Below, one piece after another: positions 28,062 through 37,633 of a DNA stretch of 64,000 nucleotides (positions are counted from its first letter, which is position 1; each line of letters opens with the position of its first letter). The notes below the pieces were generated by a model. That model was not told the DNA's origin, searched no databases, and saw only the letters and a program-made list of their open reading frames with translations. Position numbers and translations under genes: made by a program. The stretch is from assembly GCA_965218795.1 (NCBI GenBank), contig OZ244653.1, forward strand, positions 2,112,001 to 2,176,000. Reading direction: 5' to 3'. This DNA comes from a bacterium (lineage in GTDB: Bacteria > UBA8248 > JACPRG01 > G963555815).

Positions 28062-30380
28062 CTATTCGTCCGAATCCCTCTTCCGAATTGCCTCGAGCAC
28101 TCGTTCGGGCGTAATAGGGAGGGCATTGATCTGTACGCCAATCGCGTCGTAGACGGCATTGGCAATCGCCGGGGCCGTCGGAGCCAGCCCCGGCTCGCCG
28201 ACCCCCTTGGCCCCATAAGGCCCCTCGGGATGCTGTTCCTCAACGATACGAGGGATCAAGGACGGCACGTCCAGCATGCAGGGAATTTTGTAATCCATGA
28301 AGGTCGGGTTCAGAACCACGCCTTGTTCGAGGCGCATCTCTTCGTGAAGGGCCGTCCCCAGACCCTGCCCCAGGGCTCCCTCGATTTGGCCCTCGCAACC
28401 GTTCGGATTGATGGCCCGCCCCACGTCGTGAGCGGCGGTGAGTTTGAGGAGGCGAACCTCTCCCGTTTCTTCATCCACTTCGACCTCAGCCCCCTGCGCG
28501 GCGTACATCCAGAAGGATGCGGACTTCCTCCCCATGCCGGCCTCGCCGCTGGCCGGGGATGCCGGCAGCGGGGTGTAGTGGCCCCGGCCCAGGATCGGTC
28601 CGCCGACGAATCCGCCGTCCGGCTTGAAGACCCCCATCGCAACGTCGCCGAAACCGACGGAGCGGTCGGGAGAGCCCCGGGGGAAGATCCGCCCGTCCTC
28701 GGTGTCGAGATCCTCGGGCGCAGCTTCCAAGAGGACTGCCGCCGCACGGAAGAGCTGGGCCTTGGCGTCCTGGGCGGCCAGAAGGATGGCGTTTCCATCA
28801 AAAAAGGTGGTCTTGCTGGAGGAGGTCTCCCACCCGTACGGCGACGTTGAAGTGTCTTGCGGGCTGACCGAAATCAAGCCGGTATCGAGCCCGAGGGCCT
28901 CCGCCGCGATCTGCCGGAGTATGGTGTGCGCGCCTTGCCCGTGCTCGACAGCGGCCGTATTGAGGACGGCGCTCCCGTCGGCGTTGATCTCAATCGTGGA
29001 GACGACGTGAGCCGTCGGGACGGAGAATTTCCACATGCAGGCGATGCCCCATCCCCGTCTCTTGGAGGAAGACGTCCGCCGGCCCTTTCTGTCCAGGGGC
29101 TCGGCCGCCTTTCGGATGCACTCCTTCAGGCCCACGGCGTGAACGGTCTCTCCCGTCGTACTGAGATCGCCGTCCTCCAGCCCGTTGCGGAGCCGGAGCT
29201 CAATGGGGTCAACGCCCAGGTCGCGGGCAATTCGGTCGAACTGCGCTTCGTACCCGAAGCAGGTCTCCGGCACCCCGAACCCCCGGAACGCGCCGGCTAC
29301 GGGGTTATTCGTATAAACGCAAGTCGACTCGACACGGACATTGGGGATGCGGTAAGGGCCGCCGGAACAAAATCCCGCGTAGCGGGAGACGGCTATCTCG
29401 TACTCACCGTAGGCCCCCGTATCCCATAGGGAACGAATCTCCCGGGCAACGAGGTCCCCATTCTTCATGACGCCGGTTTTATACGTTGCCTTGAACGGCT
29501 GTCGGACGAATGTCCCGACGAACTCTTCTTCGCGGGTCAATTCGAGACGAACGGGGAGGTGGTTGCTGTGCAGGGCCAACGCCCCCGCGAGGGTCTCGAC
29601 CACTGCGGAGATCTTGCCCCCGAACGCCCCGCCCACGCAGGTGCAGACAACTCTGACATCGTTATGCGGAAGCCCCACCGCCTGAGCCACCTGCTCCCGG
29701 GTCAGGTACAAACCCTGCGTGGTTGTCCAGACAATGAGCTGTCCCTGCGGGGAAAACCGGGCGATGCACGTGTGAGGCTCCATCGGACAGTGCTGGATCA
29801 TGGGGACATGGTACGTGTCTTCGTATACGAAGTCGGACCGCTGAAATCCTTCATCAATGTCCCCGAGACTGAATTCGAATCGGTTGCAGATATTCGTACC
29901 CGGAATCGGATTGAAGATTCTGCTCTGATGTTTGTAGTTGCCCAGATCCGGATGGATGAGCGGGGCTTCAGGGGCCGCCGACTCTTCCATGCCGAACACG
30001 GCGGGAAGCTCTTCATACTCCACCTGAATCAGGCTCAGGGCCTCCTGGGCCGTGTCCTCATCGACAGCGGCTACGCCGGCAACCGGCTCTCCAACAAATC
30101 GAACCCGGTCCACGGCATAGATGGGTCGGTCCTCCAGGCGCGTCCCCCACCGCGCATTGGGGAAGTCGCTGCCCGAGACAACCGTGTGCACACCGTGAAC
30201 CCTTTTGGCGCGGTCCGCGTTCAGGTGAAGGATCTTCGCGTGGGGATGTGGGCTCCGAAGGATCTTCGCGTAAATCATTCGGGGAGCAACGACATCCGGT
30301 CCATACAGGGCGAGTCCCGTTGCTTTTTCGTGGCCGTCATCCCGCTCGTAGGCGGCCCCTATCCTTGTCTCCTCTCCTAT
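28062..30380 (-). CDS. Xanthine dehydrogenase family Mo-binding subunit #4 (probable ATA start)
   Basis: GGAFGGK, AFRGFG, EHGQG, EGQIEG, GAKGVGE. The family N-terminus (IGAAYERDDGHEKATGLALY..D) continues in frame 34 codons upstream of the ATG at 30278, to an ATA at 30380 preceded by GGAGGG. Confidence 0.88.
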   Translation of the reverse strand: MGEETRIGAAYERDDGHEKATGLALYGPDVVAPRMIYAKILRSPHPHAKILHLNADRAKRVHGVHTVVSGSDFPNARWGTRLEDRPIYAVDRVRFVGEPVAGVAAVDEDTAQEALSLIQVEYEELPAVFGMEESAAPEAPLIHPDLGNYKHQSRIFNPIPGTNICNRFEFSLGDIDEGFQRSDFVYEDTYHVPMIQHCPMEPHTCIARFSPQGQLIVWTTTQGLYLTREQVAQAVGLPHNDVRVVCTCVGGAFGGKISAVVETLAGALALHSNHLPVRLELTREEEFVGTFVRQPFKATYKTGVMKNGDLVAREIRSLWDTGAYGEYEIAVSRYAGFCSGGPYRIPNVRVESTCVYTNNPVAGAFRGFGVPETCFGYEAQFDRIARDLGVDPIELRLRNGLEDGDLSTTGETVHAVGLKECIRKAAEPLDRKGRRTSSSKRRGWGIACMWKFSVPTAHVVSTIEINADGSAVLNTAAVEHGQGAHTILRQIAAEALGLDTGLISVSPQDTSTSPYGWETSSSKTTFFDGNAILLAAQDAKAQLFRAAAVLLEAAPEDLDTEDGRIFPRGSPDRSVGFGDVAMGVFKPDGGFVGGPILGRGHYTPLPASPASGEAGMGRKSASFWMYAAQGAEVEVDEETGEVRLLKLTAAHDVGRAINPNGCEGQIEGALGQGLGTALHEEMRLEQGVVLNPTFMDYKIPCMLDVPSLIPRIVEEQHPEGPYGAKGVGEPGLAPTAPAIANAVYDAIGVQINALPITPERVLEAIRKRDSDE

Positions 30381-30998
30381 CGTCTCGCCCTCCAGGATGT
30401 ACTCAGGCTGAAAATCATATCGTCTCCCCGTGCGGTCTCCCCAAAACGTTCAGGAGGCGCTCATCCGTTCTTCCATGAATCCAATTCGTCCGTCACTCAT
30501 CCAGGCCGAGTTCCTTCAAGGCCCTCCGGTCAACGAGGGAACCGGCGTCCGGTCCTTATACTAATCCCCCAGCCGGCAAACAACAATCTGCTCATCCAGT
30601 AAGTTTTGCGGAAAATGGCTTGTCCGCCGGAACGTTTTCAGCGAGCGTGACCGGATGCCGGTATTCCCTCCGTTGCGGCCGCAGCTCAGCCTCGCGCATC
30701 CCTCCCCCTTTCCTTCCGCTCGGCTCATGGACAACGCGGATTCTATTTCAAAATCTTCTTCGGCAGACAAGGCGCCTTGAATTTTCCAGTCTGGATGTCT
30801 TTCTCGATAGCAAAACCCGCTTCGCCACGTTTGGGTGGAACATCCTCGTTGAAAGGCGCCGACCTGACACCTCCATCCGTCGCGCCGACCCAGTCATGCT
30901 TTCTGGATTTGCCTCGCTTCCTATTCATGACGATCTTTTCAAAACAGCCTGAACAAAGACACAGGTTGACAACCGGAAGCCCTGCCTCAACGTTGCGC

Positions 30999-32405
30999 TC
31001 AAGCAACAGGCTTTCTGGGAATATATTGGCCATGCTCCTGATGGCCGACAACCTCCCCGTCCAATGCCACGGTTACGCCCCGCACCATCGTCCGGACGGG
31101 CCAGCCTTTGAGGTCCCAGCCGTCGTACAGGCTCCAATCAGCCGCCGAATGCCAGATGTCGGGCGTCACATGGCGGACTCTTTCCAGGTCGACAAGGACG
31201 ATGTCGGCGTCATAGCCCGGGGCGATGTCCCCTTTGCGTGGCAACAGGCCGTAAGCACGGGCGACGTTGTAGGAGGTCAGCTCGACCAGCCGCTCCAGCG
31301 TCAGGCGGCCCGCATGGACGGCGACATCGAGCATGACCGGCAGGATGCATCCCGTCATCGGGAACCCGGGAATGGCGTCCCAGATGCCGTTGGCCACCTT
31401 GTCCACCTTTGGAACCACGGTGGAGTGGTCCGCGCCGAGGTTGTTGATGGTCCCGTCCTGAAGCCCCTCCCAGAGTTTTTCCTGGTCCCACTTGTCCCGA
31501 AGCGGCGGGTTGACCTTGCCCAGAAAACCGATCCTGTCGTGATCGTGCTTCGTATACGTCAGGTAATGGGGGCAGGTCTCGGCGATAATGTCCACGCCCC
31601 TGCGGTGCATCTCGCGGACGAGGTCCACGCCCTGGCCAACCGTCAGATGAACGACGTACAGCCGGGACTTGAGCTGCTCGATAAAGAAGAAGGCGCGCCG
31701 CAGGCATTCCTCTTCGCAGAACTCGGGACGCGCGTCGGTCCAGGCCTTGAGGTCGTTTCGACCCTCGGCGATGAGACGGCGCTTCTCCCTGTGAATGACC
31801 TCCATGTTCTCCGCATGCACCATGGCGAGGCAGGGGTATCCCTCGCTGATCATGTCGCGGACCATCCTGAAGCCCTCGTAGAGCAGCCCGTCGTCCACCG
31901 CGATGATCCCGAAGACCTTCGCCTCGTCCTCGGTGTAGGCCATGTAGAACTTGAAGGAACACATCCCGTACTCCCTCACCAGGAAGGGGATGTCGAAAAT
32001 CTGCTCTTCCGTTCCCAGCACGGCGCTGAAGCCCATATCGATCATGGAATTCTGCTTGACGACATCGATCGCCCAGGGCGTGTATTCGCGGTAGGACTTG
32101 GTGGCGTCCTCCCGATTCAGGAGCATCGGGACCACCGTGGTGACCCCGCCGGCGGCGAATGACCGCGACTCGGTCAGGACGTTCACTTCGAAGGGGTCCT
32201 GAAAGAGCTGGAGGTGGACGTGAGGGTCGATGACCCCGGGAATGACGAAGAGCCCTTTGGCGTCGATGACCTCATCTCCGTCGGGCACGGTTCCCGGCTC
32301 GCCCACGGCGATGATCTTCCCGTCCCGGATAGCGATGTCCTCCATCCTGCGGCCGTCCCTGCGCACGACCATCCCACCCCTTACAACCGTATCGGCCTTG
32401 GCCAT
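30999..32405 (-). CDS. Cyclic amidohydrolase (dihydropyrimidinase/allantoinase/dihydroorotase-like)
   Basis: PGVIDPHVH, FKFYMAY (carbamylated Lys), HAE, VHLT, ETCPHYL, KVNPPLR, GADH, GYDADIVLVD. Start MAKADTV at 32405. Confidence 0.9.
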   Translation of the reverse strand: MAKADTVVRGGMVVRRDGRRMEDIAIRDGKIIAVGEPGTVPDGDEVIDAKGLFVIPGVIDPHVHLQLFQDPFEVNVLTESRSFAAGGVTTVVPMLLNREDATKSYREYTPWAIDVVKQNSMIDMGFSAVLGTEEQIFDIPFLVREYGMCSFKFYMAYTEDEAKVFGIIAVDDGLLYEGFRMVRDMISEGYPCLAMVHAENMEVIHREKRRLIAEGRNDLKAWTDARPEFCEEECLRRAFFFIEQLKSRLYVVHLTVGQGVDLVREMHRRGVDIIAETCPHYLTYTKHDHDRIGFLGKVNPPLRDKWDQEKLWEGLQDGTINNLGADHSTVVPKVDKVANGIWDAIPGFPMTGCILPVMLDVAVHAGRLTLERLVELTSYNVARAYGLLPRKGDIAPGYDADIVLVDLERVRHVTPDIWHSAADWSLYDGWDLKGWPVRTMVRGVTVALDGEVVGHQEHGQYIPRKPVA

Positions 32406-32483
32406 GATTTCTCTCCATTCAAGCATTGATCGACGGCAATCCGGACCCTGTCGGCAATCGGATGACAGCACGACGGTTCTGGG

Positions 32484-33881
32484 TCAACGCCCCTTCAGGT
32501 CCTCGAAATAGTCTCCGAGATCCACCCGGTCCAGAACATGTGGGGGAACGTCGGCCAGATCTTCGAAGGGGGCCTCGATGGGCATGGTCGCATCGATCGC
32601 CCACTTCGTGTTCATCCCGTTCCGCTCGTGGCGGCTCCAGACCGAGTAGCCCGACGGGTCGAGCCGCGAACCGACGGAATTGGGCACGAAAAACGTGTCC
32701 TGATCGGGCTGGGTGCGCGTCGCCACCGCCCAATGGACCTCCTCTTCCCGGTGGATGTTGACATCTTTGTCGACCACGATCGCAAGCTTGACGAAGGCAT
32801 CCGAAGCCAACGCCGCCAGCGCCGCCATCTTCGCCTCGCCGTCGAACTGCTTGTCGATCTGAACGTAGGCGGTCATTCGGCACATGCCGGAAAGCGGCAT
32901 CGACACGTCCAGCACCGAGGGACAACTCGCCTGCACCTTTTTCAGCAACACGGCCTCTCGGCCCAGCCGCGTGGCCAGATGATGCTCCGGGCTGACGCTG
33001 AACAGGTCCTGATAGATTGGGTTCTCCCGGTGGGTCATGGCCGTAACCTCGAAGACGGGACTGTTGCGGGCGTAGCCGTAGTACATGGTGTACTCGCCGA
33101 ACGGCCCTTCCCATCGCCGTTCATGGGGACGGATGAACCCCTCAATGGCAATCTCCGCATGCGCTGGAACCATCAAGTCGACCGTCTCGCAAGGGACCAG
33201 CTCCAACGGTTCCTCCATCAGACCGCCCATGACCGACATCTCGTCGTGCCCGTAGGGCAGGCGGGATTGGCTGCCCAGAAGACAGGCGGGATGGTGCCCG
33301 AGATACGTTACGATGGGGGTCCCCTTCCCTTCCTGCTCCGACTTTCGGTAGGCATAGCCCAGATGGGATTGGGGCTCGAAGCTCATCCCCACAACGTTCC
33401 GCTCATGGAGCATCTGTCGGTAGATCCCCGAATTGAACGATCCGGTGTCGGGGTCGCGGACGATCGTGACGCCCGCCGTGAGAAAGGCCCCGCCATCCTT
33501 CTCGCACTGAACCGGCCAGGGCAGGATGTTCAGATCGATCTCTTCTCCGGTATAGACCTTCCCCTTGACGGGCCCGTCCTTCACATGCTTCGGAGGGATC
33601 GGATGGGCCTCGCGCTCGACGAATGACTTGAGGAGATATTCCTCCGGAACATCCAGCGTCAGCGCCAGCTTGGTATTGTCCGCAATCACGTTGGAGACGA
33701 TAGGGAAATCCGAACCCCTGACCTCTTCGAAATAGACGAGGGGATACTCGCCGCGATGCTGGAACTTTCTGAGAATCGCCGAGGACTCGTACTCGGGGTC
33801 GACTTCCCGGCTTACCCGCCGGAATCCGGACGGATCCTTTCGTTCGACCAATTCCATGAATGTTCTCAGGTCCTTCGGCAC
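32484..33881 (-). CDS. UbiD-family (de)carboxylase #2
   Basis: GTG start at 33881 after AAGGAG (MPKDLRTF); NSGIYR, EGPFGEYT, VHWAVATR, LDPS, KWAIDAT. Confidence 0.92.
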   Translation of the reverse strand: MPKDLRTFMELVERKDPSGFRRVSREVDPEYESSAILRKFQHRGEYPLVYFEEVRGSDFPIVSNVIADNTKLALTLDVPEEYLLKSFVEREAHPIPPKHVKDGPVKGKVYTGEEIDLNILPWPVQCEKDGGAFLTAGVTIVRDPDTGSFNSGIYRQMLHERNVVGMSFEPQSHLGYAYRKSEQEGKGTPIVTYLGHHPACLLGSQSRLPYGHDEMSVMGGLMEEPLELVPCETVDLMVPAHAEIAIEGFIRPHERRWEGPFGEYTMYYGYARNSPVFEVTAMTHRENPIYQDLFSVSPEHHLATRLGREAVLLKKVQASCPSVLDVSMPLSGMCRMTAYVQIDKQFDGEAKMAALAALASDAFVKLAIVVDKDVNIHREEEVHWAVATRTQPDQDTFFVPNSVGSRLDPSGYSVWSRHERNGMNTKWAIDATMPIEAPFEDLADVPPHVLDRVDLGDYFEDLKGR

Positions 33882-34209
33882 GGAAAAGACTCCTTGACTC
33901 GCGAAAGTCCGCGGGTGGGTTCCATCCTCAAGATGAAAGGTCCCAGGGAACTCCAAGGGCGCGCACGGTTTTGAGAGACGAATATTCGACCGCGCGGTGC
34001 GCTTATCATACCGAAATTCATCTATGCCGGAAACTCCGTGATCGCCATTGTGCGTTGCGCGCACAGTGAGGAAAAAGAATCATCGGGTCGATATGCGGGC
34101 GCCACACAGGTCTTGCAAGCGAGGTGACCTCTCATCCGCGAAATGGCCGGCACGCAGGCATCCGAAAAAGTCCCCCGGGATTTCTGAAGAAATCCTCACC
34201 GGATAAGAT

Positions 34210-34259
34210 TTTCATTCCGGCACAACGTCGGGTAAAATCTGCGTTGGAATTATCCGTTC
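34210..34259 (+). promoter_or_regulatory. Candidate sigma70 promoter plus operator half-site upstream of the SDR-Mo-hydantoinase operon
   Basis: TTTCAT-N17-TAAAAT (34210-34238), then AATTATCCGTTC (34248-34259). Confidence 0.4.
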
Positions 34260-34394
34260 AAGCACCATCAGCCGAAAAGCCCGGTTTCTGACCTTCACGA
34301 CCCATCCAGGCGGCCTTCTGCGTCCGCGGGAAATCAAATCCGGAGGCGCAGGGCGTGGACGATGAAGGCATCGACGAAAAAGAAAGGACGGACT

Positions 34395-35207
34395 TTGAAC
34401 GCGAGCCAAGGAAGCGACGACCGAGAGTTCGAAGGCAGAGTGGCTATCATTACCGGAGGCGCCAAAGGGATGGGGGGTGAGATCTCCCTGGAGCTCGCCA
34501 GAGCGGGAGCCCGGCTCTCCCTCTGCGCCCGCGACCTGGACGCCCTGAACACCCAGGTCGATGAGATCCGGAAGGAAGTCCCCGCCCTCGAAGCGATCAC
34601 CCTGTCCCTGGATGTCCGGGATGAGGACCAGGTTCGGGGCATGGTGGAGGAAACCCTCAAGGCCTTCGGCACGATCGATATCCTGATCAATACGTCCGGT
34701 GTGATCGGGCCCGTGGAAACTCCGGTCCATGAAATCGCGGTGGAAGACTGGGATTACGTCATCGGCGTGAATCTGAAGGGAACGTTCCTCTGTTGCAAGC
34801 ACGTGATCCCCACCCTGATCGGCAAGAACTGGGGCAAGATCGTCAACATCTCCGGGACATCGGGGTTGCGGGGCTACATCAACCGGGCGTCCTACTCCTC
34901 ATCCAAGTGGGCGGTCCGCGGGTTCACCCGGACCCTGGCCCTCGAGCTGGGCCCCCACAACATCAACGTGAACTGCATTTGTCCGGGACCCGTTTACGGA
35001 GACCGGATGGAGAAGATCATCAAAGACAAGGCCAAGGTCTGGAACATGCCGGACGAGGAGGTCTACAAGAAGTACACCACCGAAATGGCACTGGGGCGTT
35101 TCCCCTACGAGAATGAGATCGCTTACGCCGTCGTCTACCTCTGTTCGGAAAAATCCCGCAACATGACCGGCCAGGCCATGGTCATCGACGCCGGATGGGA
35201 CGTTTGA
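34395..35207 (+). CDS. Short-chain dehydrogenase/reductase
   Basis: TGGAKGMG, YSSSK, NVNCICPG. Start is TTG 34395 (after AAGGA) or ATG 34362. Confidence 0.9.
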   Translation: MNASQGSDDREFEGRVAIITGGAKGMGGEISLELARAGARLSLCARDLDALNTQVDEIRKEVPALEAITLSLDVRDEDQVRGMVEETLKAFGTIDILINTSGVIGPVETPVHEIAVEDWDYVIGVNLKGTFLCCKHVIPTLIGKNWGKIVNISGTSGLRGYINRASYSSSKWAVRGFTRTLALELGPHNINVNCICPGPVYGDRMEKIIKDKAKVWNMPDEEVYKKYTTEMALGRFPYENEIAYAVVYLCSEKSRNMTGQAMVIDAGWDV

Positions 35208-35230
35208 CAGCCAACGGGAGACCTGGACGC

Positions 35231-37633
35231 ATGACGGTCAAGGATTGGATGGAGACCCAGGGAAGCCAGGGCGCGCTCGGGAGCCGGATGATCCGCCACG
35301 ACGCCGTGGACAAGGCCGGGGGCAACCTCCGCTATGCGTCGGACTATCTCCCGCGCGGCACCCTGATCGGCCGCGTCCTCCACGCCGAACACCCCTCCGC
35401 GCGGATTCGCGGAATCAACAAGGAGCCGGCCCTCCGGGTGCCGGGCGTCGTGTGCGTCCTCACCGCAGAGGACGTGCCCAAGAACGAGCTCCTCGCCGGC
35501 CTTCCGGGCCGCATGTCCGATTCCGGCGAAAAACCGCATGAGGCCTTCCATCAGATCCTCGCGGCGGACCGCGTCCGGTACCTGGGCGAGCCCGTGGCGT
35601 TGGTCGCCGCCGAGAGCCCGGCCGCGGCCGAGGAGGCGCTGGCGCGGATCGAGGTCGACTACGAGCCCCTGCCCGGCGTCTTTGACCCGCTGGAGGCTCT
35701 GAGGCCGGATGCCCCGGAGGTGCACGACGGCGGAAATCTCGTCTGCCAATGGACGATTCGAAAGGGGGACGTGAAAGCCGGATTCGGCGAAGCGGACGTG
35801 ATCGTCGAGAACGAGTTTTCGACGCAATTCATCGACCACGCCTATCTGGAGACCGAGACCGGCGTGGCCTGGGTAGACGAAAGCCGGGTCATCAACATCT
35901 TCGTCGGCACCCAGGTGCTCGAACACTACCGGGACGTGGCGCAGGCCCTCCAGGTTCCCGACAGCAGGGTCAGAATCCAGTGCAGCTATATGGGCGGAGG
36001 GTTCGGAGGCAAGGAAGACGTGACGGTCGAGGTCTTCCTGGGTCTGTTGGCGTGGAGGACGGGCCGCCCCGTTCGGGTGGAATACAAGCGGGAGGAATCC
36101 ATCCTCGCCCACGGAAAGCGGCATCCTTACGTGATGCGGTACAAGACGGGCGCTACGAAGGGTGGACGCATCACCGCTCTGGAGGCGGACTTTGTGGCCG
36201 ATGCCGGGGCCTACGCCTACCTGACCGTGTGGGTTGTCCACTACACCGCCGTCACGGCCACCGGACCCTACAGGGTCCCTCACGTCAAGGTGGACGCCCG
36301 CGGTGTCTACACCAACAATACCTTCGCGAGCGCCATGCGCTGCTTCGGCTCCCTTCAATCCAATTTCGGGTACGAGATGCAGATGGACGCCGTGGCGCGG
36401 GAGCTCGGGCTGGATCCGCAACGGTTCCGGGAAATCAACTATATCGAAAAGGGGGATACCCTCGGCACGGGAGAGGACGTCCGATCCGAAGTGGCTCTGA
36501 CCGAAGCGGTCAACAGGTGCGGGGAAGCAATTGGGGGGAACGGTTCGTTCTCCACTGGGGAACCCAAAAACAATATGGAGGGCAACCTCCTGATCGGCAG
36601 GGGCGTCGCGGCCAGCTTCACGCCCTATGGGCGGATGCATTGGACGCACGACAGCTCCCAGGCGTGGGTCGGGTTCGAGATGGACGGCAGCCTGGTCATT
36701 CGGGCGGGCACTCCGGACCATGGAGGCGGACAAGCGTCCTCCCTGGCGACGATTGCGGCCCAGACGCTGGGCGTCGATCCGGAGCGCATCACGGTCCAGC
36801 GGGCAGACAGCCAGCTTACCCCTCTTGCGGGGACGACGACCGCAACCCGCCAGTTGACGATGAGCGGCAATGCCGTTCTCAAGTCGACCCTGCTCATCCG
36901 TCAGGACCTGGTCGAAGTCGCGGGAGACCTGCTCGAGGTGTCTCAAGGGGAGCTCGATCTGGCCAACGGACGGGTCTTCGTCAAGGGCTACCCCGAGCGC
37001 GGCCTCGACACGGCCGAGGTCGTACGCAGGATGGCCTCCTTGGGCAAGCCGCTGGGTAACCTGACGAAATTCGATGCCCCGGGCGGCGACCCGATCGACT
37101 CGCTCACCGGCCAGGGCCGGGCCTTCAACGATTACACGTTCGGGGCAATCGGCGCCGAGGTGTCCGTGGATACGGAAACCGGCGAAGTCATCGTCCGCCG
37201 GCTGAGTTCCAGTTTTGACGTGGGGCGCGCGGTGAACCGGACGAGCGTGGAAGGCCAGATGGAAGGCGGGGCCTACATGGGCCTCGGCCAGGGCTTGATG
37301 GAGGAAGTGATCCTCGAAGACGGGATCACCCAATCCGACAACCTGGAGACCTACCTGCTGCCCACCGCTCTCGATACGCCGGATATCGCGACTCATATTA
37401 TCGAGTCCGGCTCGGGCGTCGGGCCCTTTGGGGCCAAAGGGATCGGCGAACCCTCTCTCACGCCCGCGGCGACAGCCGTTGCGCTTGCCGTGGCGGACGC
37501 CGTGGGCGAGCCGGTTCGCAGTCTTCCGGTCACTCCGGAACGTGTCCTGGCCGCCTTGTCTGTTCGGGCGAAGTCTCCATCAGCGATGACGAGGCCACCC
37601 TCCCCCAGCGGCTCGGGAATTCGGCTCTCATGA
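35231..37633 (+). CDS. Xanthine dehydrogenase family Mo-binding subunit #5
   Basis: HAYLETE, GGGFGGKE, AMRCFG, EGQMEGG, GAKGIGE. Start is 35231 or 35249. Confidence 0.9.
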   Translation: MTVKDWMETQGSQGALGSRMIRHDAVDKAGGNLRYASDYLPRGTLIGRVLHAEHPSARIRGINKEPALRVPGVVCVLTAEDVPKNELLAGLPGRMSDSGEKPHEAFHQILAADRVRYLGEPVALVAAESPAAAEEALARIEVDYEPLPGVFDPLEALRPDAPEVHDGGNLVCQWTIRKGDVKAGFGEADVIVENEFSTQFIDHAYLETETGVAWVDESRVINIFVGTQVLEHYRDVAQALQVPDSRVRIQCSYMGGGFGGKEDVTVEVFLGLLAWRTGRPVRVEYKREESILAHGKRHPYVMRYKTGATKGGRITALEADFVADAGAYAYLTVWVVHYTAVTATGPYRVPHVKVDARGVYTNNTFASAMRCFGSLQSNFGYEMQMDAVARELGLDPQRFREINYIEKGDTLGTGEDVRSEVALTEAVNRCGEAIGGNGSFSTGEPKNNMEGNLLIGRGVAASFTPYGRMHWTHDSSQAWVGFEMDGSLVIRAGTPDHGGGQASSLATIAAQTLGVDPERITVQRADSQLTPLAGTTTATRQLTMSGNAVLKSTLLIRQDLVEVAGDLLEVSQGELDLANGRVFVKGYPERGLDTAEVVRRMASLGKPLGNLTKFDAPGGDPIDSLTGQGRAFNDYTFGAIGAEVSVDTETGEVIVRRLSSSFDVGRAVNRTSVEGQMEGGAYMGLGQGLMEEVILEDGITQSDNLETYLLPTALDTPDIATHIIESGSGVGPFGAKGIGEPSLTPAATAVALAVADAVGEPVRSLPVTPERVLAALSVRAKSPSAMTRPPSPSGSGIRLS

